Source: Candidatus Iainarchaeum sp. (lineage in GTDB: Archaea > Iainarchaeota > Iainarchaeia > Iainarchaeales > GCA-2688035). Taken from it: a stretch of DNA of 64,000 bases. Positions 18,447-28,186 of this stretch are shown here, one piece after another; within the stretch, counting starts at the first letter, position 1, and each line of letters starts with the position of its first letter. Under the pieces are notes generated by a model, which did no database searches, had not been told where the DNA came from, and was given only the letters and a program-made list of their open reading frames with translations. The stretch is taken from NCBI GenBank assembly GCA_002688035.1, contig NZBU01000009.1, positions 25,929 to 89,928 on the forward strand, read 5' to 3'. Position numbers and translations under genes: made by a program.

Positions 18447-19463
18447 ATGGCAAAGGCAAGAAGAAAATCTACCCAGAACATGACACTTAGGTTTGGTGAT
18501 AAATCTGCTTTGCGCTTCTCGCAGATAAGGGAGCTCTACTTAAAACGCGATGCATGGAAAGGCATAAAGCCTGAGCAGATGCGCGCAAGACTCGAAAAGA
18601 TGCGTGCAGAATTTGAGAAAGTGGACAGTGCACTTACAAGGCTTCGCGGAGGCGAAAGCCCGGCATCAATTGGTAAAAGCATTGGTGTTGGAGCGGACAC
18701 GATTACAAAGTGGGCGGCAGGCAAACAACTGCCAAGATCTATCTCTTCCAAAATGCTGCAATCCAACCTGGCTCGCAGAAAAAAATATATTACTGAAGTG
18801 GCAATGAAAAGTCCTAGAACCGCGTATCTTCTTGGAATTAGGATGACCGGGCAAATGGGGGCCTATGCAGGAAGAAGAGGCGGAATGTCTATAATGCTTG
18901 ACGTGAAAAAAGGCACCATTGAAAAAGAAGTTAAAAGCGCCTTCGAATCTGTCTTCCACCCGCACATCGAGGAAACTGCAAAGAGGCATAGTAATGTTGA
19001 TTCATCCGCTCTTAGAGTTAGTGCCACTGAGATAGGCCAGTTCCTAAATCGCACTACTTTTTATGGCAGGCAAATTCCGGAAAGATTTCTTAGAACAAAG
19101 GCTGCGAGAAGGCAATTTGCCATGGCCTTGGTTGATGCAAGTGCCTTTCCATTCCAAAAGTCTCGTGCAGGAAGAAAAAAACAGACACGCGGAATTCTTC
19201 TCAGGACAAGTAATCGCGAAATCCGTGATTACCTTGCAAAAACACTAACAAAATTTGGAATAGAGAATAATCCAAGAGGCGGTGCAATTCTCTCCAAAGA
19301 AGAGAAGTGGCGAGAATTCAAAGAAGGTGAAGCCCCTAAAAGAGGAAAAAGATTTTCATTATATATTCCGGAAAAGGCTTTTGCAAAATTCCAAAAAGAA
19401 ATCGGTTTTAGGGATAAAGAAAAAGAAAGGAAGCTTGCCCGTTTTCTTGGACAAGCCTCCTAA
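18447..19463 (+). CDS. HTH plus degenerate double LAGLIDADG-fold protein (likely nuclease-dead)
   Basis: The N-terminus has the HTH ASIGKSIGVGADTITKW. Two LAGLIDADG-like motifs follow, AYLLGIRMTGQMG and FAMALVDASAF. Both lack the acidic residue at the catalytic position. Confidence 0.45.
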   Translation: MAKARRKSTQNMTLRFGDKSALRFSQIRELYLKRDAWKGIKPEQMRARLEKMRAEFEKVDSALTRLRGGESPASIGKSIGVGADTITKWAAGKQLPRSISSKMLQSNLARRKKYITEVAMKSPRTAYLLGIRMTGQMGAYAGRRGGMSIMLDVKKGTIEKEVKSAFESVFHPHIEETAKRHSNVDSSALRVSATEIGQFLNRTTFYGRQIPERFLRTKAARRQFAMALVDASAFPFQKSRAGRKKQTRGILLRTSNREIRDYLAKTLTKFGIENNPRGGAILSKEEKWREFKEGEAPKRGKRFSLYIPEKAFAKFQKEIGFRDKEKERKLARFLGQAS

Positions 19464-19474
19464 ACTAGGGGGAG

Positions 19475-21427
19475 TTATTCGAAAACAAATTCTTTTAACT
19501 CTTCCAAATTGTCAAGAGAGTTTGCTTTCAGCACTTGGTTTGACAGGGTGTAGAGCACATTTCCAATATACAGGCTGCGCTTTACACTGTAGTCGTCGCC
19601 AAAGTAGTAACCTCTCTTCAGCTCGTCTTCCTCTGTGACATGAGTTATCCTTCCTCTTTCCTCAAAGCCGTTCTCAAGCGTTAACTTGAAAACAAATGCT
19701 CCTTGGAAAACTGGTTCGCCGTAAGCAGGCCAATCTGGATTCCATTCAGGCTTTTTGTAGTCCTCAGGAATCTCTGCCAGCATTATTGGCAGAACCAAGA
19801 GATCCTTTTCCTTGTCATAAAGGAAAGCCTTGTGGTCTCTTAGAGCATAGCTGTCTGTTCCTCTGTCCCCAATAACAATCTTGTGCATCTCCTTGGGGTT
19901 GGCAACATCGCTTACATCAAAGACCGCCATCTTAAGGCCCTGATACCATGCAAAGTCTCCTTTCACAGACTCGATTGCTTCCTTACCCACACCAATCAAA
20001 TGTGTTTCATCAATTGGATGCAGGTAGTCAGAGTAACCTGGAATCTTTAGCTTTCCAAGTACTCTAGGGTTGGTTGGATCGCTCACATCAATTACAAACA
20101 AGGGATCAGCTTTCTTGAAAGTAACCATGTATGCTTTGTTGCCCATGAACCTTGCACTGTAAATGCTTTCTCCAGGAGCCAAATCCTCTAGGCTTCCTAT
20201 AGTGTTCATTTCCTTGTCGAGCACATACAGGTTGTTGTATCCATTCCAGCCAACCGTTGTCGCAATTCTGAAATTGCTGTTAAATTCGTCCATGGAAAAC
20301 TGGTTTAGGATGCGGCCAGGAACGCTTCCCTGTCCAAGAAAACCAATCTTTCCGTTATCCAGTCCGAATTTGTTTATTACTGTGTTCTCTACGTCTCCTA
20401 CTATTATCTCGCTTGCCTCTCTTGCGATAGGAATATCTGTTACAGGTTTCCAGATTGTACCGGCCAGATAAATATTGGTCTGTGAGGCAAAGACATTTTG
20501 TGCATTACCCACAATTGTTTCTTTCTCTGTTTCCGCGGTCTGCAGGTTTATCGAACTTATTGTGATAAAGTTCTGTGCAGGCATTGGCGCTATGTAACCA
20601 ATCTCTGTTGCCTCTGCAACCTTCTTCTCCACGCCATCCTCTCGCATTAGAGGAATGATATCTTTCTCTGCGTCTCCTTCCAAAATTCTGTAGTCAGGCC
20701 AACTTGTGACAACAAAGTATGCGTCATCCTCAATAAGTCTTGAGGAAATATAGTTGCCCTGAAACTCAAGTTCTTTATCAAGAACTGGATTGCTTCGATC
20801 TGAAATATCGTAGAGTTGAACCAGCACGTTAGAACTTCTGCCCCAACAACCAAGGCAGTCTACCATTGATTCTACCGCAATTCCTGGTGCGCCAGTTCTT
20901 TTGTCCTCATACTCGTATGTCCTGTACTTGTTTCCAAACAACAAGAGTTTGTCGCCTGAAATAAACATTTCTATTGGATTGATTTCCTCCAATTTTGTCT
21001 GCGAAGCTATCTTTGCAGTGTTAATTGGATAGGCATCGGTTATAACCAAACTTTTTCTTGTAAGATTGTAGATATATTTTCCATCGCTCTTTACAATATC
21101 TGCTTCATCCACACCCTCAACTTGTACATTGGTCGTGGAGAAATCCGAGCTTCCACCATCCTTGGCTGCTCCAACGGCACTTTCACTCATGGCCATTGGT
21201 GCGCCAAGTGTTCTCATTGTAGTATTCATTATTCCGTACTGTCTGCCTTCTGCTCTTGCTTGCTCAAATGCTGAGACAAGTGCAGCATGGCTATCGAATC
21301 GCGGAATTTCCTTGAATTGAACCCCATCAATTTCTCCGGGTTCTATTCCAAGGAGCATTGAAAAACCAAAGACCGCGACTCCAATTACTATTAGAAGGCC
21401 TAATAATTCTAATCTTGAATTCATCAA
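19475..21427 (-). CDS. secreted or membrane-anchored beta-propeller-domain protein
   Basis: There is an N-terminal TM/signal (LLGLLIVIGVAVFGF). The large ~600-aa extracytoplasmic domain has the repetitive strand pattern of the archaeal/bacterial beta-propeller family. Confidence 0.45.
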   Translation of the reverse strand: MMNSRLELLGLLIVIGVAVFGFSMLLGIEPGEIDGVQFKEIPRFDSHAALVSAFEQARAEGRQYGIMNTTMRTLGAPMAMSESAVGAAKDGGSSDFSTTNVQVEGVDEADIVKSDGKYIYNLTRKSLVITDAYPINTAKIASQTKLEEINPIEMFISGDKLLLFGNKYRTYEYEDKRTGAPGIAVESMVDCLGCWGRSSNVLVQLYDISDRSNPVLDKELEFQGNYISSRLIEDDAYFVVTSWPDYRILEGDAEKDIIPLMREDGVEKKVAEATEIGYIAPMPAQNFITISSINLQTAETEKETIVGNAQNVFASQTNIYLAGTIWKPVTDIPIAREASEIIVGDVENTVINKFGLDNGKIGFLGQGSVPGRILNQFSMDEFNSNFRIATTVGWNGYNNLYVLDKEMNTIGSLEDLAPGESIYSARFMGNKAYMVTFKKADPLFVIDVSDPTNPRVLGKLKIPGYSDYLHPIDETHLIGVGKEAIESVKGDFAWYQGLKMAVFDVSDVANPKEMHKIVIGDRGTDSYALRDHKAFLYDKEKDLLVLPIMLAEIPEDYKKPEWNPDWPAYGEPVFQGAFVFKLTLENGFEERGRITHVTEEDELKRGYYFGDDYSVKRSLYIGNVLYTLSNQVLKANSLDNLEELKEFVFE

Positions 21428-21513
21428 GTATCACCCGAAACAATTATACGCTCCGGTATTTAAATACTGCTTTTTTTGTTTAGGTGAACACCTAAGGATA
21501 CAAATTAGCGGGC

Positions 21514-21843
21514 CTATATTGACAGGCCTTCCAAATGCCCGTTCCTTCTCAACCATTCTACTTGGTTTCCCAAAAAGCGCCAAACGACATCTGCTTTGCT
21601 TGGCTGGAAATCCCAAAGCTTTACTATTACCAAATCGTTCTGGCGCATCCAAACACGCTTCCTCATTTTTCCAGGGATTCTGCACATTCTCTCTTGGCCG
21701 TCGGCACAGGCAATTCTAATCTGGTTTGAACCATGCAACTGTGCTACAATACCAAACATTTCCCCCTCATCTTCATGCGGGAGCCTAACCCTTGTTATTG
21801 GCGCCTCCGGAGTCTTCTTTTTTTTATGTGATCTTCGCTGCAT
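21514..21843 (-). CDS. eif1a: translation initiation factor 1A (aIF-1A)
   Basis: GEMFGIVAQLHGSNQIRIACADGQERMCRIPGKMRKRVWMRQNDLVIV is the eIF1A S1 fold. Confidence 0.85.
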   Translation of the reverse strand: MQRRSHKKKKTPEAPITRVRLPHEDEGEMFGIVAQLHGSNQIRIACADGQERMCRIPGKMRKRVWMRQNDLVIVKLWDFQPSKADVVWRFLGNQVEWLRRNGHLEGLSI

Positions 21844-21845
21844 CT

Positions 21846-22097
21846 TTACACCATCATTATTTGAACATGTTTTATGCCATCTATTTTCATGACTTGTTTT
21901 TCGCTAGCAAGCTTTTCCTCTATTGCCACTCCGACTGCCTTGTTTCCAACAAGATTGATATTGCCGTACTCACGCAACAATGTCTTTAACTCTTCTTTAG
22001 AGATCTCTTCTCCATTATAAAACTTCTCTCTTACCTCAAGTTCTATGTTTTTGTCTTTGAGAGTTTTTCCAATAAGTTCTTTGTCAGCAACTGCCAA
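21846..22097 (-). CDS. hypothetical small protein
   Basis: This is only an ORF with no recognised motif. It sits between the aIF1A and aIF2-beta genes. Confidence 0.3.
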   Translation of the reverse strand: MAVADKELIGKTLKDKNIELEVREKFYNGEEISKEELKTLLREYGNINLVGNKAVGVAIEEKLASEKQVMKIDGIKHVQIMMV

Positions 22098-22149
22098 AAT
22101 CTCGCGTTCCCCAGCTGCCTTGTGAATCTTGTAAAAAATAGTTTTTCAC

Positions 22150-22557
22150 CTATAAACCCTTTACTGTTGAAAGGGCACCGCATGCCTCACACTTCAACAT
22201 CTTTACTCCTTGCTTCTCCTTGACTTTGGTGTCAGGGCGGGAGCACTCCGGGCAGAGCACAAACTGTTTGATATAAGTTTGAAGCAAATTGTTTACTTGC
22301 TCCTGCGAAAATTTTCCATTAAGTATAAGTCTGCTTAAATCATCCACGCTTGCTGCTGTAGCTGTTTCCTTTGCAAGAAACTTGAACAAGTGTTTTTCAT
22401 CCCTCTTAATAATCTTGAGTATTGCTCCAAAATTCTTGACAATTGTTTTTGTACCCTGCACAAAAGATTCGGCCTGCGGCATCTCAAAGCGCTCGCGCTT
22501 CTTGGTCTTCTCCGGAAGCGCAGTATACAATCTGTCAAGCATATTTTCATACTTCAT
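22150..22557 (-). CDS. eif2b: translation initiation factor 2 beta subunit (aIF-2 beta)
   Basis: The N-terminus is MKYENMLDRLYTALPEK. The C-terminal zinc ribbon CPECSRPDT...CEACGA is present. Confidence 0.85.
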   Translation of the reverse strand: MKYENMLDRLYTALPEKTKKRERFEMPQAESFVQGTKTIVKNFGAILKIIKRDEKHLFKFLAKETATAASVDDLSRLILNGKFSQEQVNNLLQTYIKQFVLCPECSRPDTKVKEKQGVKMLKCEACGALSTVKGL

Positions 22558-22653
22558 TTAACACCACTAAAGATAATTCTGGTATTCAAGTATTTTAAAT
22601 GCTTCTATTGCTGTTTGGGGGGAGGGGGTAAGACAAACAATTATTAACAAGTT

Positions 22654-23178
22654 TTGGTTTCTTCCATACTGATGTTTGAACTAGCATGGTTACTTGATTT
22701 TATTTATGGCCGTTATGGGCTGTTAGGCTTGTTTTTTGTAGCATTGGTTGGCAATGCAACAATATTCCTGCCTGCTCCAATCGACTTGTTGGTGTTTGCT
22801 GTTGGTGCTCTAGTAGATAACCCGGTCTTTTTGCTTGCAGTAGTTTTTGTTACTGCTCTTGGAGCAGCATTAGGTGAAATGTCCGCCTATATCCTTGGGC
22901 TTTTGGGTGTGAAAACACTACAGAAAATGAGTGAAAAGCGCGTTGAAAAGATTTTTGAAATAGGTGAGAACCTTGCAAACAAGGGCATTATCATAATTTT
23001 CTTTGGTTCCTTCACTCCCTTTCCCTTTGATTTGATAGGAATTGCGGCAGGCCTTGTTCGCTACGACTACAAAAAATTCTTTGTCGCAGCATTCGCTGGA
23101 AAGCTGGCTCGTTATTTAGTAATAGCTTTTGCAGGTTTTTTGGGTGCAACCTGGGTTAAAGGCTTTTTTTTGATATAA
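22654..23178 (+). CDS. DedA/SNARE-associated (VTT domain) membrane protein
   Basis: The GNATIFLPAPIDLLVFAVG pattern and ~4 TM segments fit the family. Confidence 0.6.
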   Translation: MVSSILMFELAWLLDFIYGRYGLLGLFFVALVGNATIFLPAPIDLLVFAVGALVDNPVFLLAVVFVTALGAALGEMSAYILGLLGVKTLQKMSEKRVEKIFEIGENLANKGIIIIFFGSFTPFPFDLIGIAAGLVRYDYKKFFVAAFAGKLARYLVIAFAGFLGATWVKGFFLI

Positions 23179-23226
23179 GAAACGTTTAAAAACAGTGAAA
23201 ACAGGAAGTATGTAAGGTGAATAAAA

Positions 23227-23409
23227 ATGCCAAGAAAACCTAAATCCAGTGGTAGTGTTATTAGTACATTGAGACGAAGGATAGGCTTAGCACCTTCTGA
23301 AATTGAGAAAGAGGCTTTGCGAAGATCTCTTGCAGCAGCAAAGCGTAGGTATGAGGCTGCCCAACATGGATCAAAAAGGCGAATTCGTCGAGCAAAAAAA
23401 GTAGCCTAA
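23227..23409 (+). CDS. hypothetical small basic protein
   Basis: The ORF is 60 aa and R/K-rich. It has no assignable family. Confidence 0.3.
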   Translation: MPRKPKSSGSVISTLRRRIGLAPSEIEKEALRRSLAAAKRRYEAAQHGSKRRIRRAKKVA

Positions 23410-23415
23410 TTTTTT

Positions 23416-24255
23416 TTAGAAGCCAATCGCTTTTGCAATTACCCACACTACAAGCATTAAGACTGTTTGTGGTGGAAGGGCAGGCAAAGCCTTTCCAACA
23501 TTCTTGCTGCTATAATCAATGGTCCAAAGAAGACCAGCCAGTGAAGCTACAAGGATCATTGCGCCCGGAATCAAATAATTTGGGAAAACAATTCCGGCTA
23601 GCGCGCTTGAATTCATTGCGCTCACAGCAAATGCCAATGGGATCGCCATGTCTCCGGTTCCAAGTTCAAATTGGTGTTCCAGCTTTTTGCTTGGTATGGC
23701 AAAAGTAAAAGAGAGATTCTTGTTGGTAATGCCTTTGGCTAGTGTAACCATATGCTTGGTTTTGAACACTGCGATAAAGTCATATGCTGAAAGAATGATG
23801 ATAAACAATATTATTGGAATAGCTCCAAGTGAAATTCCGATAAGCGGACCGACTGCCGCCACTGCTATTACACTGCTGACGTTTCTCAGCATCACATTCT
23901 TTGGGAAAAGAATTCTAAGTGCAACAAGCAAAGCCGCAAGCATGAAAGCAATTGTAGGGAAGAAAACTCCAAAAGTAATCCAGGATGTTGAGAAGACAAC
24001 TATGGACTCAAGTACTTTGAATAATCCCACGCCCTTAAAGAAATGCAGGAACAAGAGGAACATTGCCGTGAAAACCAAGATATATACAAACAGTCCAACA
24101 GCATTCTCCACATCATTTGGATTATCGGTAACAATACCGCTTTGCTCCAGTTCTCCTGTTTCAATTAGGCCTATGAGATTTGCTGCAACCCCTATTCCAA
24201 GAAGCTGTGTTACAATAAAGAGTGCTCCAAGCTTGAGCAGTAATTCTTTCTCCAT
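23416..24255 (-). CDS. presenilin/signal-peptide-peptidase-like intramembrane aspartyl protease (A22 family)
   Basis: It is multi-TM with a YD motif (SAYDFIAV), a GxGD-like motif (LGTGDMAIP) and a PAL motif (PALPPQ), in the canonical order. Confidence 0.6.
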   Translation of the reverse strand: MEKELLLKLGALFIVTQLLGIGVAANLIGLIETGELEQSGIVTDNPNDVENAVGLFVYILVFTAMFLLFLHFFKGVGLFKVLESIVVFSTSWITFGVFFPTIAFMLAALLVALRILFPKNVMLRNVSSVIAVAAVGPLIGISLGAIPIILFIIILSAYDFIAVFKTKHMVTLAKGITNKNLSFTFAIPSKKLEHQFELGTGDMAIPLAFAVSAMNSSALAGIVFPNYLIPGAMILVASLAGLLWTIDYSSKNVGKALPALPPQTVLMLVVWVIAKAIGF

Positions 24256-24288
24256 ATTGAAAACAAAGTAGAACTAGTTAAAAAGGAT

Positions 24289-26496
24289 TTAGCTTCTGTG
24301 AGTTGGCTTTAGGAAGCCGTGCCTTGGCTTATAAATTTCACCTTTCTTCTCAAGCTTGTCAATTATATCGCGGGCTTTATCCTCATCAATGCCCTCGGTC
24401 TTTGCTTCCTCAAGAACTTCCTGTAAAGGCACCATATCTACATCGGCAGCCTTACTCTTTACAATCCCTAGGATCTTCTTCATGTTTGTTATCTGTGTGT
24501 GAGTCTGCCCTGTGGCAATAATATCATAATCAATCTTTCCTGTCTCAGGGTCAGTAACCATATCTTTCAATGATGACCTAACAAGTCTAATTGCACGCGC
24601 CGCATCCTGTGGTTCAACCACATCACTTAGTCTTACTCGCGCCGAAGCCTCACTTAATCGCACGAGTCCTTCCAACTGCCTATGTGTTGCGGCATAACTT
24701 CCTTCATCCCTACCCATGTCCCTGAGTTCCAAGTAAAAGTCGTTTATCGCCTGTGTTGCTTCCATGCTTAGTATAGGGGAAACAGTTTGTCTTGCATATG
24801 AAATATATTTCCTAAGCATATCGGCATCAATTTCAGGGGTTGCAATTTTCTTTAGGGCCTCTTCCTCAGTCTTCTTCATTTTCTTTCCCTTTTTGGAGTA
24901 TTGGGAAATCATTTCCCCTAGTCTATGTGTTTTCAAAATGTGTGAAGAAATCTGCTCATCCTTTGTCCTGTCAAGAACATCTCTAATCATATAAAATAAG
25001 TCAAAGCGACTGATAAGTGTTGGAGGCAATTCTATTTGGGATATGAAAGGAGTGTATGGGTCAAAGCGCGAGAACTTCGGGTTTGCAGCAGCAAGAATAC
25101 TTGTGTCAGACTTGAACCTTGTAACAATTCCGGCTTTTGCAACAGAGACCATTCCCTGCTCCATTGCCTCGTGCAATGCAACTCTATCATCATTGTTCAT
25201 TTTATCTAACTCATCAGCCATACACAGTCCGCCGCTCGCCAAAACTAGTGCACCGGCCTTTAATGTCCAGCCGCCCTCGCCAAAATCGTCTTTGACTGCA
25301 GCCGCAGTCAAACCAACACCACTCGTTGTCCTGCCTGCGGTGTAAATGCTCTTCGGGGCAATACTGTTTGTTGCCTGCAAAATCTGTGATTTACCTGTTC
25401 CAGGATCACCGACAAGTAGAATGTGAACATTTCCTCTGATAGTCTGGTTTCCAGGCAGTTCCTTTTTTACTCCGCCAAACAATTGTAGTACAATGCTTTC
25501 TTTCACAGACTCATGCCCATAAATTGCAGGGGCAATGCTCCCAATAAGCATCTCATAAATCTTTGGGTCTTTGGACAGTTTTCTGATTTCTTTCTCTTCC
25601 TCAGGGAGGACCTCTACTTCCTCAAACTCGCGCTGGGTCTCCTCAACATGTAAGACCTCCAAAAACCTGCCGAAAACAATTTTCTTTCCCTGGGCTGGTG
25701 ACAACCTCAGTATTCCAACAAACCTCACAGTGTTTCCCGCGCTCACCTTGTGCACAAGATCGTCGCCCAAATAAACGTCAAGGTTTGAAGCCTGCTCATT
25801 ACCCTTAAGTTTTTCCAATGGCTCTTGGATTTTTATTTTTTGGTAATCAACAAATTCTGATTGGTTCTGAACAAGAGTAAAATCGCGGTGTCTGCACTCG
25901 CAGAAAGCCGGCTGCTTGAGCTCTTGTCCTTCCTGCGGCGTCTTGTAAGTATTTCCACAGCGTCTGCATTGCCATGTCGCAATTTTTAGTTTTGGAAGTG
26001 CATCAGTTATCTGACTTACCGCGCCCTCAACAGAAATTAGTTTGTTTAAATATTCTGAACCAATGTTTCTAACAAGAATCTCTCGATCCTTTGGAATGTT
26101 GTGGAAGCGAATGTGTGGTGCAAAGCTCTCAATTTCTAGAGCAGGGACTTCAACACTCTGTATTGCGGTTCGTGCAGCCTCAAGCAAATAGTCAGGGTTG
26201 TCAAGCAGCTCATCAGCCAATTCATAGTCAAACTCTTCCAATTCCTTGAAATCAATTTCAAGACTTCTCTTCTTAGGATACTCTGATACGCTACGCTCAA
26301 TGCGTGGTTTGCCAACGCTTTCAAAGAAGGCAAGGAACTTGGCCACATAAGGGTTTTCCTGGGGCTCGCGTTCCCTTTCAATACTTTTTTCATCCTGTTC
26401 CAACTTAACACCACTAATAATTGCCGTTTTACTGTTTAAAACTGCTTTCGAGAGACAGCGGATTTCCACTGTTCTATGCCCTTGTGCAATTTCCAC
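24289..26496 (-). CDS. mcm: minichromosome maintenance helicase MCM
   Basis: There is a zinc finger CRRCGNTYK..CECR, the Walker A GDPGTGKSQ, an arginine finger and a C-terminal wH. The protein is 735 aa. It starts with an alternative GTG start. Confidence 0.9.
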   Translation of the reverse strand: MEIAQGHRTVEIRCLSKAVLNSKTAIISGVKLEQDEKSIEREREPQENPYVAKFLAFFESVGKPRIERSVSEYPKKRSLEIDFKELEEFDYELADELLDNPDYLLEAARTAIQSVEVPALEIESFAPHIRFHNIPKDREILVRNIGSEYLNKLISVEGAVSQITDALPKLKIATWQCRRCGNTYKTPQEGQELKQPAFCECRHRDFTLVQNQSEFVDYQKIKIQEPLEKLKGNEQASNLDVYLGDDLVHKVSAGNTVRFVGILRLSPAQGKKIVFGRFLEVLHVEETQREFEEVEVLPEEEKEIRKLSKDPKIYEMLIGSIAPAIYGHESVKESIVLQLFGGVKKELPGNQTIRGNVHILLVGDPGTGKSQILQATNSIAPKSIYTAGRTTSGVGLTAAAVKDDFGEGGWTLKAGALVLASGGLCMADELDKMNNDDRVALHEAMEQGMVSVAKAGIVTRFKSDTSILAAANPKFSRFDPYTPFISQIELPPTLISRFDLFYMIRDVLDRTKDEQISSHILKTHRLGEMISQYSKKGKKMKKTEEEALKKIATPEIDADMLRKYISYARQTVSPILSMEATQAINDFYLELRDMGRDEGSYAATHRQLEGLVRLSEASARVRLSDVVEPQDAARAIRLVRSSLKDMVTDPETGKIDYDIIATGQTHTQITNMKKILGIVKSKAADVDMVPLQEVLEEAKTEGIDEDKARDIIDKLEKKGEIYKPRHGFLKPTHRS

Positions 26497-26695
26497 TGTT
26501 GTGTTGGGATTTAAAATTTGTGTCGGGGTGTCGGGAAATTTATTCCATATTTATTAAGTCTCGCTTGTTAATAACCCTGTTCAATTAGAAAACCAAACCG
26601 CTGCTCCCTTGCTGGGAAAGAAAAGCGAAACGGTTTTTACATAATTTCTGCAGCGGCAATTGGTTTAAAATGCTTTTTTTGCTCAAAAGATTGTT

Positions 26696-28186
26696 ATGAC
26701 TGGAAAGTTTTACATTACAACTGCAATAGACTACCCTAGTGGAAAGCCGCATTTGGGTCATGCATATGAAAAGGTTTGTGCTGACTGCATTGCACGCTGG
26801 CATCGTTTACTGGGTAAAGAAGTTTTCTTTCTTACCGGGACAGACGAGCATGGCAGCAAGATTGCGAAAAAAGCAAAGGAAGCAGGCAAAGAGCCAGAAA
26901 AATTTGTTGAGGAAATGGTTGTTTTTTTTCGCGAGCTTTGCGAAAAGCTGAACATTTCCAATAACCGCTTTATTCGCACAACAGATGAAGATCACATTAA
27001 GATTTCTCAGGATATTTTTAAGGCAATTCACGACAAGGGAGAAATAACTCTTGGAGAGTACAGTGGCTGGTATTGCAGTGAGTGCGAAACATTTTACACT
27101 GAAAAGGATTTGAAGGAAGGTTGTTGTCCAACTCACGGGCAAAAAGCTGAATGGTTAAGTGAAGAATCCTACTTTTTCAAAATGAGTGCTTATGCCCAAA
27201 AAGTTTTGGATTATTTGGAAAAAAATTCTAGTTCTGTGCTCCCTTCCGGTAAGCGCAAAGAAATTATTAATCGTGTGAAAGACGGCTTACAGGATTTGAG
27301 TGTTAGCAGGGTAAATGTTCCTTGGGGAATTCCTGTTCCAATCAATGATAAGCACACTCAGTATGTTTGGATGGACGCTTTGATTAACTATATTTCAGGA
27401 GTGGGTGTTTCTGCAGGTGGCAAGGGGGACAAACTCTCACACTTTTGGCCTGTTGATGTACATCTTATAGGAAAAGACATTTTGTGGCACCATACTGCGA
27501 TTTGGTATAGTATTCTAATGGCTGCTGATATTCCTTTACCAAAAACTGTTTTCTCCCATGGCTTTATCAATACTGATACTGGGGAGAAGATGAGCAAAAG
27601 CAAGGGAACGGTAATCGATCCAATTGCTCTCGCCGACAAATATAGTGCGGATGTGCTGCGCTACTTCCTTTTGCGAGAAATTCCATTTGGACAGGATGGG
27701 AATTTTAGTGAAGAGCTTCTTACTGACCGCCTTAACAACGAGCTTGCAAACGAACTTGGAAACCTTGTGAACAGAACGATTGTCATGATTGAAAAGTATA
27801 ACAAGGGAGCAGTGCCTAAAGGAGAAGCTGATAAGGGACTGCAGGAAAAGTTGAAGCTTGAGAAAATCAAAGAACAGATGGAGAAACTTGAGTTGCATCA
27901 CGCCCTTTCAGAAGTTTTCGCATTTGTTTCGGCCTGCAACCAATTCATTAACGAGAAGGAGCCCTGGAAGATGGAGGGCGAGGCTCGTGATAATGTGCTT
28001 TACTCTCTTGCAGACTCACTGAGAATTATTGCAATTCTTCTCCAACCATTTATTCCAGAAACAAGCGAAAAGATTAATGCGCAACTTGGAGTGAAGTTGG
28101 GCAGCATTGCAGCCTGTAAGTTCAACAAGCTGAAAGCTGGAACAAAGGTTAAGAAAGCCGAAATTCTGTTTAAGAAGATTGGATAG
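26696..28186 (+). CDS. metG: methionyl-tRNA synthetase (core, no C-terminal tRNA-binding domain)
   Basis: The HIGH-like HLGHAY motif, a Zn knuckle CSECETFY..CCPTHG and KMSKS are all present. Confidence 0.9.
   Translation: MTGKFYITTAIDYPSGKPHLGHAYEKVCADCIARWHRLLGKEVFFLTGTDEHGSKIAKKAKEAGKEPEKFVEEMVVFFRELCEKLNISNNRFIRTTDEDHIKISQDIFKAIHDKGEITLGEYSGWYCSECETFYTEKDLKEGCCPTHGQKAEWLSEESYFFKMSAYAQKVLDYLEKNSSSVLPSGKRKEIINRVKDGLQDLSVSRVNVPWGIPVPINDKHTQYVWMDALINYISGVGVSAGGKGDKLSHFWPVDVHLIGKDILWHHTAIWYSILMAADIPLPKTVFSHGFINTDTGEKMSKSKGTVIDPIALADKYSADVLRYFLLREIPFGQDGNFSEELLTDRLNNELANELGNLVNRTIVMIEKYNKGAVPKGEADKGLQEKLKLEKIKEQMEKLELHHALSEVFAFVSACNQFINEKEPWKMEGEARDNVLYSLADSLRIIAILLQPFIPETSEKINAQLGVKLGSIAACKFNKLKAGTKVKKAEILFKKIG

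Noticed and set aside
22605-22625. G-tract GGGGGGAGGGGG in the divergent aIF2-beta/DedA intergenic region
   Set aside because: It has only two G-runs, which is insufficient for a G-quadruplex. It is likely promoter-spacer sequence. It was noted only because it is unusual in this AT-rich DNA.
24289-26496. Checked large conserved genes (MCM, TopoVI-B, MetRS, V-PPase, Acs) for inteins
   Set aside because: All have lengths typical of intein-free orthologs and no Cys/Ser...His-Asn intein block interrupts the conserved motifs.
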